From contig CBDCGL010000011.1 in NCBI GenBank assembly GCA_965216755.1, positions 2,752,001 to 2,816,000 of the forward strand: a stretch of 64,000 nt of DNA. The letters are read 5' to 3'. The stretch's first letter is position 1. Each line of letters begins with the position of its first letter. The position numbers were made by a program, and so were the translations under genes. The notes beneath the pieces are model-generated. The model was given only the letters and a program-made list of their open reading frames with translations. It was not told the DNA's origin and did no database searches. The stretch comes from Alphaproteobacteria bacterium (GTDB lineage: Bacteria; Pseudomonadota; Alphaproteobacteria; UBA7887). Below, one piece after another: positions 55,318-64,000 of the stretch.

Positions 55318-55965
55318 TTGTTGGCGCAAAGTGGCGGCCATGGCCGCCACCGGCGCCCGCGTATTGGGCTGTTGGGGGGCTCGTTCAATCCGGCCCACGA
55401 CGGCCACCGCCATATCAGTTTGTCGGCCTGTCGGATGCTGCGGCTAGACCGTGTTTGGTGGCTGGTGAGCCCACAAAACCCGCTAAAACCCAGTGCCGGC
55501 ATGGCATCGCTGGAAGATCGCATGGCGACGGCCCGGCGCGTCGCGGCACATTCGCGGATCATGGTGACCGATATCGAGCGGGTCATACGCACCCGCTACA
55601 CGGTCGACACCCTGCGCAAGCTCACGGAGCGCTTCCCACAGGTACGCTTTGTCTGGATCATGGGCGCCGATAACATGGTCCAAATCCCCCAATGGCGCGA
55701 TTGGCCGGGCTTGTTCAGAACTATCCCGGTTGCGATTATCGATCGGCCAACCTATGCTCAAGCGGCGCTGGCAGCGCGCGCGACCCGCCGATTTGCGCGG
55801 TTTCGTGTGCCGGAAAAAGCGCTGGCGGGGCTGCCTGATCGGCCCCCCCCGGCCTGGGCGTTTGTGCGACCACGCCTTCACGCCGCGTCGGCGACCCGGA
55901 TTCGTCAATCGGGCGCCTGGCCGCGGGACACCACCGGCGGTATCGCGCCGCGCGCGACACCTTAA
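55318..55965 (+). CDS. nadD: Nicotinate-nucleotide adenylyltransferase
   Basis: GGSFNPAHDGH, SPQNPLK, SATRIR. Confidence 0.95.
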   Translation: MLAQSGGHGRHRRPRIGLLGGSFNPAHDGHRHISLSACRMLRLDRVWWLVSPQNPLKPSAGMASLEDRMATARRVAAHSRIMVTDIERVIRTRYTVDTLRKLTERFPQVRFVWIMGADNMVQIPQWRDWPGLFRTIPVAIIDRPTYAQAALAARATRRFARFRVPEKALAGLPDRPPPAWAFVRPRLHAASATRIRQSGAWPRDTTGGIAPRATP

Positions 55966-55996
55966 GACCGGCGGTCGAAGGGCGAACAGAGGAGAT

Positions 55997-56368
55997 ATGG
56001 CGATCGCGGAAAGCCGTGACGGCGACAAAGTTAAGTTGATTCAGCAGCTTGTGCTAACGTCGCTTGAAGACGACAAAGCCGACGACATCACGATCATCAA
56101 TCTCTCAGGCAAGACGAGCATTGCCGATGCGATGGTCATCGCAAGCGGGCGCTCCAATCGTCACGTATCGGCCATAGCGGAGCACCTGGCACAAAAACTT
56201 AAGGATCAAGGCATAGACTCGGTGGGCGTCGAAGGCCTGACCCACGCAGACTGGGTGTTGCTCGATGCCGGCGACGTCATTGTCCATATTTTTCGCCCCG
56301 AGGTCCGCCGTTTCTATAATTTGGAGAAGATGTGGGCGGTACCACTGCCTGAACAGGTTGTCGGGTAA
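55997..56368 (+). CDS. rsfS: Ribosome silencing factor
   Basis: DDKA.DI, WVLLDAGDVIVHIF...R.FYNLEKMW; GAGGAG RBS before ATG 55997. Confidence 0.95.
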   Translation: MAIAESRDGDKVKLIQQLVLTSLEDDKADDITIINLSGKTSIADAMVIASGRSNRHVSAIAEHLAQKLKDQGIDSVGVEGLTHADWVLLDAGDVIVHIFRPEVRRFYNLEKMWAVPLPEQVVG

Positions 56369-56401
56369 TCGATAACCGCAACATCATCCGGATCGCCTGC
56401 G

Positions 56402-58009
56402 ATGGCCTCCCCAGAGCCCCAAATGCCCATGCCAGCGAAAGCCACCTATCGACCAGTCGTCCTTTGTATTCTCGATGGTTGGGGCCATCGGGTGGAAATC
56501 GATGGCAATGCGATCGCGCTCGCCGAGACACCCCATTGGGATCGACTGATGGCGACGTGTCCACATGCCCTGATTGATGCGTCGGCGACCGATGTCGGAC
56601 TGCCGGCTGGCCAAATGGGCAACTCCGAGGTCGGACACATGAATATCGGCGCCGGCCGCGTGGTTTTGCAGGATCTGCCGCGAATCGATGCCGCGGTCAG
56701 AGAACAGCGGCTGGGCGAAACCGCGGCGATCACCCGCCTGATCGAGGCCTTGCGCGCCAGCGGCGGCGCGTGTCACCTGCTTGGCCTGGTTTCTCCGGGC
56801 GGCGTCCATGCCCATCAAGACCATATTGTGGCGCTGGCGCAGACCCTGGCAGCGGCCAATATCCCCGTGCGCATTCATGCACTCTTGGACGGGCGCGACA
56901 CGCCGCCGCGAAGCGCCCACGGTTACCTGCAACAGCTAGAGGCGGCGCTGGCCGATTTGGGTGACGTTGCCGTGGTCACCGTATGCGGCCGTTACTACGC
57001 GATGGATCGCGACAAGAGGTGGCAACGAGTCAGTCGGGCCTATGCGGCGCTGGTCGACGCTGATGGTCACCGTCGGCCAAGCGCCATCGCCGCCATCGAT
57101 GCCAGTTATGCGGCCAATGTGAGCGATGAGTTTGTCGAACCGGCCGTGATCGGCGCCTATCAGGGGATGGCCGACGGCGACGGCCTCCTGATGGCCAACT
57201 TCCGCGCCGACCGGGCGCGCGAGATCTTGACCGCGCTGGTCGATCCCGCCTTTGACGCTTTTGCCCGCGGCCGCCGCATCAGGTTCGCCGCGAGCCTGGG
57301 CATGGTCGAATATTCAACGGCGTTGAACGATTTTCTGGAAACGGTTTTTCCACCGGTGGATGTTGACAAGACATTGGGCGAAGTGGTGGCCGCCGCCGGC
57401 TTGCGCCAATTGCGCGTTGCCGAGACGGAAAAGTACGCGCATGTCACCTTCTTTCTGAACGGCGGCCGCGAGGCGCCGTTTGCCAACGAAACGCGCAAGC
57501 TAGTGCCGTCGCCAAAGGTAGCAACCTATGATTTGCAGCCGGAAATGTCGGCGCCGGCGGTCTGCGACACGGTCGTCGACGCGATTGTCGCCGACGACAC
57601 CGATCTGATTGTGGTTAATTTCGCCAACACCGATATGGTTGGGCATACGGGCATTCTGCCCGCTGCCACGCGCGCCGTCGCAGCGGTCGACCAGTGTCTC
57701 GGACGGATCGCCGAGGCCATCGAGTCCACGGGCGGCGCCCTTTTGATCACGGCGGATCACGGCAATGCAGAGCAAATGTTTAACCACGGTGGCGGCCAAG
57801 CACACACAGCGCACACCACGAACAAGGTGCCGCTGGTGATTGTCGGTACAAACGTCGACGCCGTGCGCAACGGCCGACTTGCGGATCTGGCGCCGACCGT
57901 GCTCGCTTTGTTGGGCATTGCCAAACCAGGTGAAATGACGGGCGCGTCACTGATTGGCGACGTCTTACCACAAGATCGCGAACAGACGTCGGAACACGCA
58001 ATCGCCTGA
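56402..58009 (+). CDS. gpmI: 2,3-bisphosphoglycerate-independent phosphoglycerate mutase
   Basis: ILDGWG, GQMGNSEVGH, AETEKYAHVT, DMVGHTG, TADHGNAE. Confidence 0.97.
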   Translation: MASPEPQMPMPAKATYRPVVLCILDGWGHRVEIDGNAIALAETPHWDRLMATCPHALIDASATDVGLPAGQMGNSEVGHMNIGAGRVVLQDLPRIDAAVREQRLGETAAITRLIEALRASGGACHLLGLVSPGGVHAHQDHIVALAQTLAAANIPVRIHALLDGRDTPPRSAHGYLQQLEAALADLGDVAVVTVCGRYYAMDRDKRWQRVSRAYAALVDADGHRRPSAIAAIDASYAANVSDEFVEPAVIGAYQGMADGDGLLMANFRADRAREILTALVDPAFDAFARGRRIRFAASLGMVEYSTALNDFLETVFPPVDVDKTLGEVVAAAGLRQLRVAETEKYAHVTFFLNGGREAPFANETRKLVPSPKVATYDLQPEMSAPAVCDTVVDAIVADDTDLIVVNFANTDMVGHTGILPAATRAVAAVDQCLGRIAEAIESTGGALLITADHGNAEQMFNHGGGQAHTAHTTNKVPLVIVGTNVDAVRNGRLADLAPTVLALLGIAKPGEMTGASLIGDVLPQDREQTSEHAIA

Positions 58010-58019
58010 GAGAGGTCGG

Positions 58020-59288
58020 GTGGCTAGGTTCGGGGGCTGGACTTTATCGATTTTTGCGTGCGCCACGCTTGCCGTGGGCACCGTCTATGGCGTCACACCG
58101 CGCGCTCAGCCTGTCGATCCGCAAGACGCCGACGACGCACTTCAGGCCGTCGAGCAAGAACTCTCGGACCAGCGCGATCGTGCCCAAGAGCTGGAACAAC
58201 GTGAGCAAGCGCTAAAAGATGAGATCAAGCAGCTGAGCGCGGCACTGATCAAAACGGCGGCACGAATTCAAACACAGCAGGAAGCGCTGGGCGAAACCGA
58301 CACGCGTCTGGCGGCGCTGGCCGAACAACTGGCGGCGCTGCGCACGTCGCTCGTGCGCAACCGCGATGCGCTTTCGGGAACCCTACGCGCATTGGTCCGA
58401 CTCAATCGCAACCCGCCCGAGGCCCTGGGTCTGATGCCGCGGACCTTGGCCGAGACAACGCGCAGCCTTCGTTTATTGGGCAAAGCCGTGCCGACGCTGG
58501 ACGAGCGCGGCGTCGACTTGGCGCGCAACGTGAAAAAACTCGCCGCGGTACGCGCCGAAATTGTTGAACAGCGCGCAGAGAAATCGCGAATCGTTGAAGA
58601 ACTGGTGGCCGACCGCGCGGGACAATCGGATCTCATGGCCCGCAAGACCGCGCTTCAGTCGGATGTCGCAGCCGAGCGCCAATTGGTGTCGCGTGAGATT
58701 CGCGCCCTCGCCGCCCGGGCCAAGGATTTGCGGGAACTGCTGGAAGGCCTGAAAAAAGCGCGCAAAAAAGCGCGTGAGCTTGCCGCCGCGGCGCGACCAC
58801 CGCGCAAACCCGATCCCGCCGCGCAGACCGACAGCCCCGAACAGGGTGACAATGACGGCGCGTCAGACGCCGAATTATCGCTTGCCGCGCTGCCCAGCAG
58901 TCTGCCTTACCCAGCCCACGGCGATATCGTGGAAACCTTTGGCAAAGGCGCCGGCAATGCCGTCACAAACAAAGGTTTAACGATCGAAACGGCGAGCAAC
59001 GCGCAGGTCGTGGCGCCCTTGGACGGCGAGGTTGCCTACGCTGGTACTTTTCGCAGCTACGGCCTGCTGTTGATCATAGAACATGGCGAGGAGTATCATA
59101 TATTGCTATCAGGGTTTTCGCGCATCGACAGTGGCGAGGGCTTGTCGTTAAGGGCGGGGGAACCCGTCGGTGTTATGGGGCGCCGTGAAAATGGCGGGAC
59201 AACCCTCTATATGGAGGTCCGCCGTAACGGTGAGCCGATCAATCCCGTTACATGGCTGGCTTCTATGAATCGAAAGGTCAGTGGATGA
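58020..59288 (+). CDS. envC: Murein hydrolase activator EnvC-like (coiled coil + degenerate M23)
   Basis: Signal/TM, long coiled coil, C-terminal LYMEVR..GEPINP; position between gpmI and ctpA. Confidence 0.85.
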   Translation: MARFGGWTLSIFACATLAVGTVYGVTPRAQPVDPQDADDALQAVEQELSDQRDRAQELEQREQALKDEIKQLSAALIKTAARIQTQQEALGETDTRLAALAEQLAALRTSLVRNRDALSGTLRALVRLNRNPPEALGLMPRTLAETTRSLRLLGKAVPTLDERGVDLARNVKKLAAVRAEIVEQRAEKSRIVEELVADRAGQSDLMARKTALQSDVAAERQLVSREIRALAARAKDLRELLEGLKKARKKARELAAAARPPRKPDPAAQTDSPEQGDNDGASDAELSLAALPSSLPYPAHGDIVETFGKGAGNAVTNKGLTIETASNAQVVAPLDGEVAYAGTFRSYGLLLIIEHGEEYHILLSGFSRIDSGEGLSLRAGEPVGVMGRRENGGTTLYMEVRRNGEPINPVTWLASMNRKVSG

Positions 59289-60646
59289 TCCGTAGGTATG
59301 TGATTGCGGGCGTGGTAGTTGCGGGGCTTATGGTGCCAAGCGCAACCGCATTGGCGGCAAGTTCCGAAACATATCGGCAGCTAAATCTGTTCGGCGATGT
59401 GTTCGAACGTGTGCGCGCCGAATATGTCGAGGAGGTCGAAGACGAAGAGCTGATTGCATCGGCGATTCGCGGCATGTTGGCGGCGTTGGACCCGCACTCC
59501 AGCTATCTGAGCGCCGATGCGTTTAAAGATATGCAGGTGCAGACACGTGGAGAGTTTGGCGGGCTGGGGATCGAGGTCACCATGGAAAACGGCCTGGTGC
59601 GCGTGGTTTCGCCCATCGACGACACACCGGCGTTTCGCGCCGGCATCGAGCCGGGCGACTTGATCAGCCACATTGACGGTGAACAGGTTCTGGGCCTGAC
59701 GTTGAACGAAGCGGTTGAGCGCATGCGCGGCCCGGTCAATTCCGACATTGTCGTGACCATTCTTCGCGAGGGCGAGGAACAGCCGTTCGACGTGACCCTG
59801 GTTCGCGACATCATCCGCATTAAGTCGGTCCGCTCGCGGGCCGAAGGCACGGTCGCCTATGTACGAATTACCTCGTTCAACGAGCAGACAGAACCCGGAC
59901 TGAGAAACAGTTTGGACAATCTGCGCGAGGAAATTGGCGATGAATTGGCTGGCGTGGTGATCGATTTGCGCAACAATCCGGGCGGCTTGCTGGACCAGGC
60001 CGTGGCCGTGGCGGACGCGTTCTTGGACAAAGGCGAAATTGTCTCGACCCGTGGCCGGCGCAACGAAAGTGCACAGCGTTTCAACGCGCGCCCCGGAGAC
60101 CTTGCCGAAGGATTGCCGGTCGTGGTGCTGATTAATGGCGGATCCGCGTCCGCGTCGGAAATCGTGGCGGGTGCCCTGCAGGACCACAATCGCGCGCTGG
60201 TCCTTGGCACGGCTTCGTTTGGCAAGGGGTCTGTGCAAACCGTGATTCCGCTGCCCGGCAACGGCGCCATGCGCCTGACAACGGCGCGCTATTACACACC
60301 CTCAGGCCGATCGATCCAGGCGACCGGCATCGAGCCAGACATCAAAGTCGAACAGGCGACCATCGACTTGGCGGAGGCCGAAAGCCAAACCGAGGCGGAT
60401 TTGCGTAACCATCTGGACAGTTCGGGCGATGCCTCAGGGCGGGCGCCGTCGGGCGAAGGCGATGACGCGACCGACGACAACGCGCCCAGCGACGACTCCG
60501 TCGATGCGGATGGCGCCGATGATGACACCGATGCGGACCCCGCCGACGTTGCCAGCGCCCAAGCCAATGCCAGCGCCCGAGACTATCAGCTGCAGCGCGC
60601 CCTGGACCTGATTCGCGGCGTCGCCTTGTTTGAAAGCAAGGTATAG
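59285..60646 (+). CDS. ctpA: Carboxy-terminal processing protease (S41)
   Basis: PDZ FGGLG, DLRNNPGG, SASASE, SFGKGSVQ. Confidence 0.95.
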   Translation: MIRRYVIAGVVVAGLMVPSATALAASSETYRQLNLFGDVFERVRAEYVEEVEDEELIASAIRGMLAALDPHSSYLSADAFKDMQVQTRGEFGGLGIEVTMENGLVRVVSPIDDTPAFRAGIEPGDLISHIDGEQVLGLTLNEAVERMRGPVNSDIVVTILREGEEQPFDVTLVRDIIRIKSVRSRAEGTVAYVRITSFNEQTEPGLRNSLDNLREEIGDELAGVVIDLRNNPGGLLDQAVAVADAFLDKGEIVSTRGRRNESAQRFNARPGDLAEGLPVVVLINGGSASASEIVAGALQDHNRALVLGTASFGKGSVQTVIPLPGNGAMRLTTARYYTPSGRSIQATGIEPDIKVEQATIDLAEAESQTEADLRNHLDSSGDASGRAPSGEGDDATDDNAPSDDSVDADGADDDTDADPADVASAQANASARDYQLQRALDLIRGVALFESKV

Positions 60647-60670
60647 GGGGGCAAGCGTCGCCGGCCGACG

Positions 60671-61837
60671 ATGATCATGCGGCGCTTGCAGCCGCTGATC
60701 TGGGGCACCCGCGCGATGGTGGCGCGGGTGTCGGTTGTGCCGATTGTCGTCGCCATGGTGGTCTTGAGTGTTGCCGGCGGCGTCGGGTGGCTTGTTTTGT
60801 CACCGGCGCCGGCACCGGCGACCGTATTTCATGTCCCGTTGCCGGCTCGCGGTGAAAATAGCGCGGACCACGCGCCGCCGGCCGCGCCGGAAATTGCCGA
60901 ACAAGTGCGACCGCCAGCTCCGTCCGACACGGCCGAGGTCACGCGCGACGACCCCGTGGCCCCACCTGACGCACCGACAACGACGCCTGAATCCGCGCCG
61001 AAGCTGCCGCCGATCACGGTGACCGATCAAATGGGTCCGGTGCCGCACCCCGCATTGGTTGAAGATGGCCCCTTCGGTCCGCTGCCGATCATCGGGGCCG
61101 ACGGCAGCCAAGCCTGGCAAGTTTATGCCAAGCCGTTTCGGGCCGGCGATCCGCGTCCACGGGTCGCGGTGGTCATTGGCGATTTGGGCTTGAGCCGGGC
61201 GCCGACCTATCAGGCGACGCGCCTGCCCGGCGACATCACGCTCAGTTTCGCGCCCTACGCCGAGGACTTGGACGAATGGATCGAGATTTCGCGTACCGCC
61301 GGGCACGAAGTCGTCCTGCAATTGCCGATGGAGCCAGTCGACTACGCCCGTGGCGATCCGGGACCGCGCGCCTTGCTCACCTCGCACGGCGCCGACGAAA
61401 ATCTGTCGCGTCTGGATTGGCTGCTGTCGCGGTTGGTGGGCTATGTCGGGGTGGCGTCATTCATGGGCGGCGCGCTGGCCGAGTCGCACGATCACCTGCG
61501 GCCCATATTGACCGCCGTGCGTGACCGCGGGCTGCTCTATTTCGACACCAGCGCGGCGCGCACAGACCTGCCCCACGCGTTGTCGCGCGAGATCGGTTTG
61601 ACCCATGTCGCCATGGATATCGATATCGACGCGGCGCCGTCGCGGACGCGCATTGCCGGTCGCCTGGCGGCGCTGGAGGAGATTGCCCAAGACCAAGGCT
61701 ACGCCGTGGCGCTGGCGCGCCCCTATCCGCTGACATTGGAAATTCTTGGCGAATGGGTGCCGAGTTTGGCGCCGCGCGGCATTGCCATGGCGCCGCTGAG
61801 CGCGGTCGCCGCACGCGCCAACGCGCGGACGCAATGA
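60671..61837 (+). CDS. Divergent polysaccharide deacetylase family protein
   Basis: GHEVVLQLPMEP.DY...DPGP; conserved position after ctpA. Confidence 0.88.
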   Translation: MIMRRLQPLIWGTRAMVARVSVVPIVVAMVVLSVAGGVGWLVLSPAPAPATVFHVPLPARGENSADHAPPAAPEIAEQVRPPAPSDTAEVTRDDPVAPPDAPTTTPESAPKLPPITVTDQMGPVPHPALVEDGPFGPLPIIGADGSQAWQVYAKPFRAGDPRPRVAVVIGDLGLSRAPTYQATRLPGDITLSFAPYAEDLDEWIEISRTAGHEVVLQLPMEPVDYARGDPGPRALLTSHGADENLSRLDWLLSRLVGYVGVASFMGGALAESHDHLRPILTAVRDRGLLYFDTSAARTDLPHALSREIGLTHVAMDIDIDAAPSRTRIAGRLAALEEIAQDQGYAVALARPYPLTLEILGEWVPSLAPRGIAMAPLSAVAARANARTQ

Positions 61838-62322
61838 GTGCGATACCGAACAGTGCGCTGCCTTATCGGCCGTGCGTCGGCATCTTGCTGTTGAATGCCA
61901 ACGATCTGGCATTCGTCGGCCGGCGTATCGACGGTCCGTCCGAGGCCTGGCAAATGCCACAAGGCGGCATCGATGACGGCGAAGATCCGGCGGCGGCGGC
62001 ATTGCGCGAATTGGAAGAAGAAATTGGCACCCGCAATGCCCGGGTCATCGCCGAAAGCCGCGACTGGCACGCCTATGACTTGCCGCCGGAATTCATTGGC
62101 AAGGTATGGCGCGGGCGCTATCGCGGCCAGCGGCAAAAATGGTTCGCCATGCGATTTTTAGGCAGTGACAGTGACATCGATCTGGCCACACACAGCCCTG
62201 AATTCGCCGCATGGCGCTGGGTGTCGCCACACACCCTGCCGGACTTGATCGTGCCCTTTAAGCGCGCGATTTATCAAGCGGTCTTGGACGAGTTTCGCAC
62301 CTTGTTGCCGCCATTGGCGTGA
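61834..62322 (+). CDS. rppH: RNA pyrophosphohydrolase
   Basis: YRPCVG, WQMPQGGID.GE...AALRELEEEIG, GQRQKWF. Confidence 0.95.
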   Translation: MSAIPNSALPYRPCVGILLLNANDLAFVGRRIDGPSEAWQMPQGGIDDGEDPAAAALRELEEEIGTRNARVIAESRDWHAYDLPPEFIGKVWRGRYRGQRQKWFAMRFLGSDSDIDLATHSPEFAAWRWVSPHTLPDLIVPFKRAIYQAVLDEFRTLLPPLA

Positions 62323-63251
62323 CCTCGTGCGCGCGGATGCGCGCGATCATGCACGGCGACCAGATGCGCGCTGGCGACATCGGTATAGCGCTGCGTTGTC
62401 GACAGGCTGGCGTGACCGAGCAACTCTTGGATGGTGCGCAAATCGGCGCCGCGTTCCAACAGATGGGTGGCGAAGCTGTGGCGCAGGGCATGCGGCGTGG
62501 CGGTTTCGTCCATGTCTAGCAGGGCGCGCAATTTGCGCATTTGGCGCTGCGCGACGGCGGCCTGCAAGGGCCCACCGCGCACACCGACAAAAACCGGATC
62601 GCCGGCCGCCACCGATCCCGGCCGCTGCCGCATATAGGTGTCAAGCGCGGCCCGTACGAGCGGCAGCACCGGCACCAGCCGCGTCTTGTTGCCCTTGCCG
62701 GTGATCCGCCAAACATCCGACGACGCGCCGACCTCACCACAGGTTAAGGCCAATGCTTCACTGATCCGCAAGCCGCAGCCGTAAAGAATGGTGAACAGCG
62801 CCGTATCGCGCGCGGCAACCCAGGGCCGGTCGTCGATTTCGTGTGCCGACGTCGCCGCGTCGCGGGCGTCGGTGACCGATAGGGGTCGTGGCAACGACCG
62901 CCGCACTTTCGGCGCGCGCAGCGCCAACGCGGCCGGATTGTGACCCAAGCCGCGTCGGTCGAGAAAGCGATAGAAACCACGGACCACCGCAACGGCGCGC
63001 GCCGTCGACGTCGGCGCCGCGCCACGGCCGCGGCGATGGGCCAGCCAGGCACGGAAATCGATCGTCTCTAACGCACACAAGTCGGCCAGATTCGGCGCAC
63101 TGCGGCGATGCTGGGCGACGAAATTCAGAAACGCGTTCAGATCACGACGATAGCTGGCCAAGGTGTGTCGCGCGGCCCGTTTTTCGTGACACAGCCAGTC
63201 GTCCCAATCCGCGACCGCCGCCTCCAACTTGGCTACGCTGGATACGCTCAC
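62274..63251 (-). CDS. xerC: Tyrosine recombinase XerC
   Basis: GLRISE, GKGNKTR, TPHALRHSFATHLL, LGHASLSTTQRY. Confidence 0.93.
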   Translation of the reverse strand: MSVSSVAKLEAAVADWDDWLCHEKRAARHTLASYRRDLNAFLNFVAQHRRSAPNLADLCALETIDFRAWLAHRRGRGAAPTSTARAVAVVRGFYRFLDRRGLGHNPAALALRAPKVRRSLPRPLSVTDARDAATSAHEIDDRPWVAARDTALFTILYGCGLRISEALALTCGEVGASSDVWRITGKGNKTRLVPVLPLVRAALDTYMRQRPGSVAAGDPVFVGVRGGPLQAAVAQRQMRKLRALLDMDETATPHALRHSFATHLLERGADLRTIQELLGHASLSTTQRYTDVASAHLVAVHDRAHPRARGHANGGNKVRNSSKTA

Positions 63252-63257
63252 GATCAG

Positions 63258-63935
63258 CTATTCAGCCGCCTTTGGCTGCAGGATCGCCTGCCCGGTCTTT
63301 TGCCAATCGTCGAGGAACGCTTTCAGGCCTTTATCGGTCAGCGGATGGGCGACCAGTTGGCGCAGCACCTTCGGCGGCACCGTCGCAACCTGGGCGCCGA
63401 GCTTGGCGGCATCTATCACATGCAGCGGATGACGGATTGACGCGACCAGAATCTCCGTCGTCAACGTGTCCGGATAGTTGTCGTAAATCGCGACGATTTC
63501 GGCGATCAGGTCCATACCTGTTGCCCCGATATCGTCGAGCCGGCCAACGAATGGTGATATGAATGTCGCCCCCGCCTTGGCCGCCAGCAATGCTTGGGCG
63601 GGCGAGAAACACAGGGTGACATTGACCATCGTGCCATCGTCGCGCAGGCGGCGACAGGCCTTGAGGCCATCCCATGTCAACGGCACCTTGACCGCGACGT
63701 TTTGGGCAATCGCAGCCAATGCGCGGCCTTCGGCCACCATGCCGTCGAATTCGGTCGCCGTGACCTCGGCGCTGACCGGCCCCGGCACCAGTTCACAGAT
63801 CTCGGCGATCACGTCGAACATCGGCCGGCCGGTCTTTGCTATAAGGGATGGATTGGTGGTGACGCCGTCCAGCAAGCCGGTGGCGGCGAGATCACGAATT
63901 TCCTCGGTATCGCCGGTGTCGATAAAGAACTTCAT
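63258..63935 (-). CDS. fsa: Fructose-6-phosphate aldolase / transaldolase
   Basis: [27 protein letters not shown]. Confidence 0.95.
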   Translation of the reverse strand: MKFFIDTGDTEEIRDLAATGLLDGVTTNPSLIAKTGRPMFDVIAEICELVPGPVSAEVTATEFDGMVAEGRALAAIAQNVAVKVPLTWDGLKACRRLRDDGTMVNVTLCFSPAQALLAAKAGATFISPFVGRLDDIGATGMDLIAEIVAIYDNYPDTLTTEILVASIRHPLHVIDAAKLGAQVATVPPKVLRQLVAHPLTDKGLKAFLDDWQKTGQAILQPKAAE

Positions 63936-64000
63936 GATGTGCTGTCTTCCGCGTTCTAAGGAAATGCCGGCCCAATGGGGACGTCCGATCGGCGGTGGCG

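Noticed and set aside
62274-63251. xerC as a mobile-element integrase
   Set aside because: Housekeeping XerC motifs and context next to fsa; the 49-nt convergent overlap with rppH is unremarkable

Overview
GC-rich alphaproteobacterial chromosome (Rhodospirillales-like gene order) carrying a ~24 kb integrative mobilizable element (3670-27721). The element sits at the 3' end of tRNA-Arg(CCG) between 9-bp direct repeats (TGGCGCACC). It encodes MobC, a relaxase, a VirD4/TraG coupling protein and a large serine recombinase, but no mating-pair genes. Its defence cargo is an RHH-MTase-PaeR7I/XhoI-like REase-SIR2-HerA-HEPN operon, a Lit-like protease, and orphan ORFs separated by covarying structured repeats. 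Main observation: the att core lies in frame inside the recombinase gene. Integrated, the ORF reads antisense through the whole tRNA. Excised, it would gain a different 32-aa tail whose stop overlaps the mobC start (ATGA), placing mobC-relaxase behind a promoter that carries an alphaproteobacterial LexA box. The rest is host DNA: DASS transporter, enolase-family enzyme, SoxYZ-like carrier, NosR-like protein, polA, an orphan pqqA, a 37-bp perfect inverted-repeat element, pcm, catabolic clusters, tRNA-Ser(CGA) and the rplU-rpmA-obgE-proBA-nadD-rsfS-gpmI-envC-ctpA-rppH/xerC-fsa block. All calls come from reading the sequence by eye; no searches were run.
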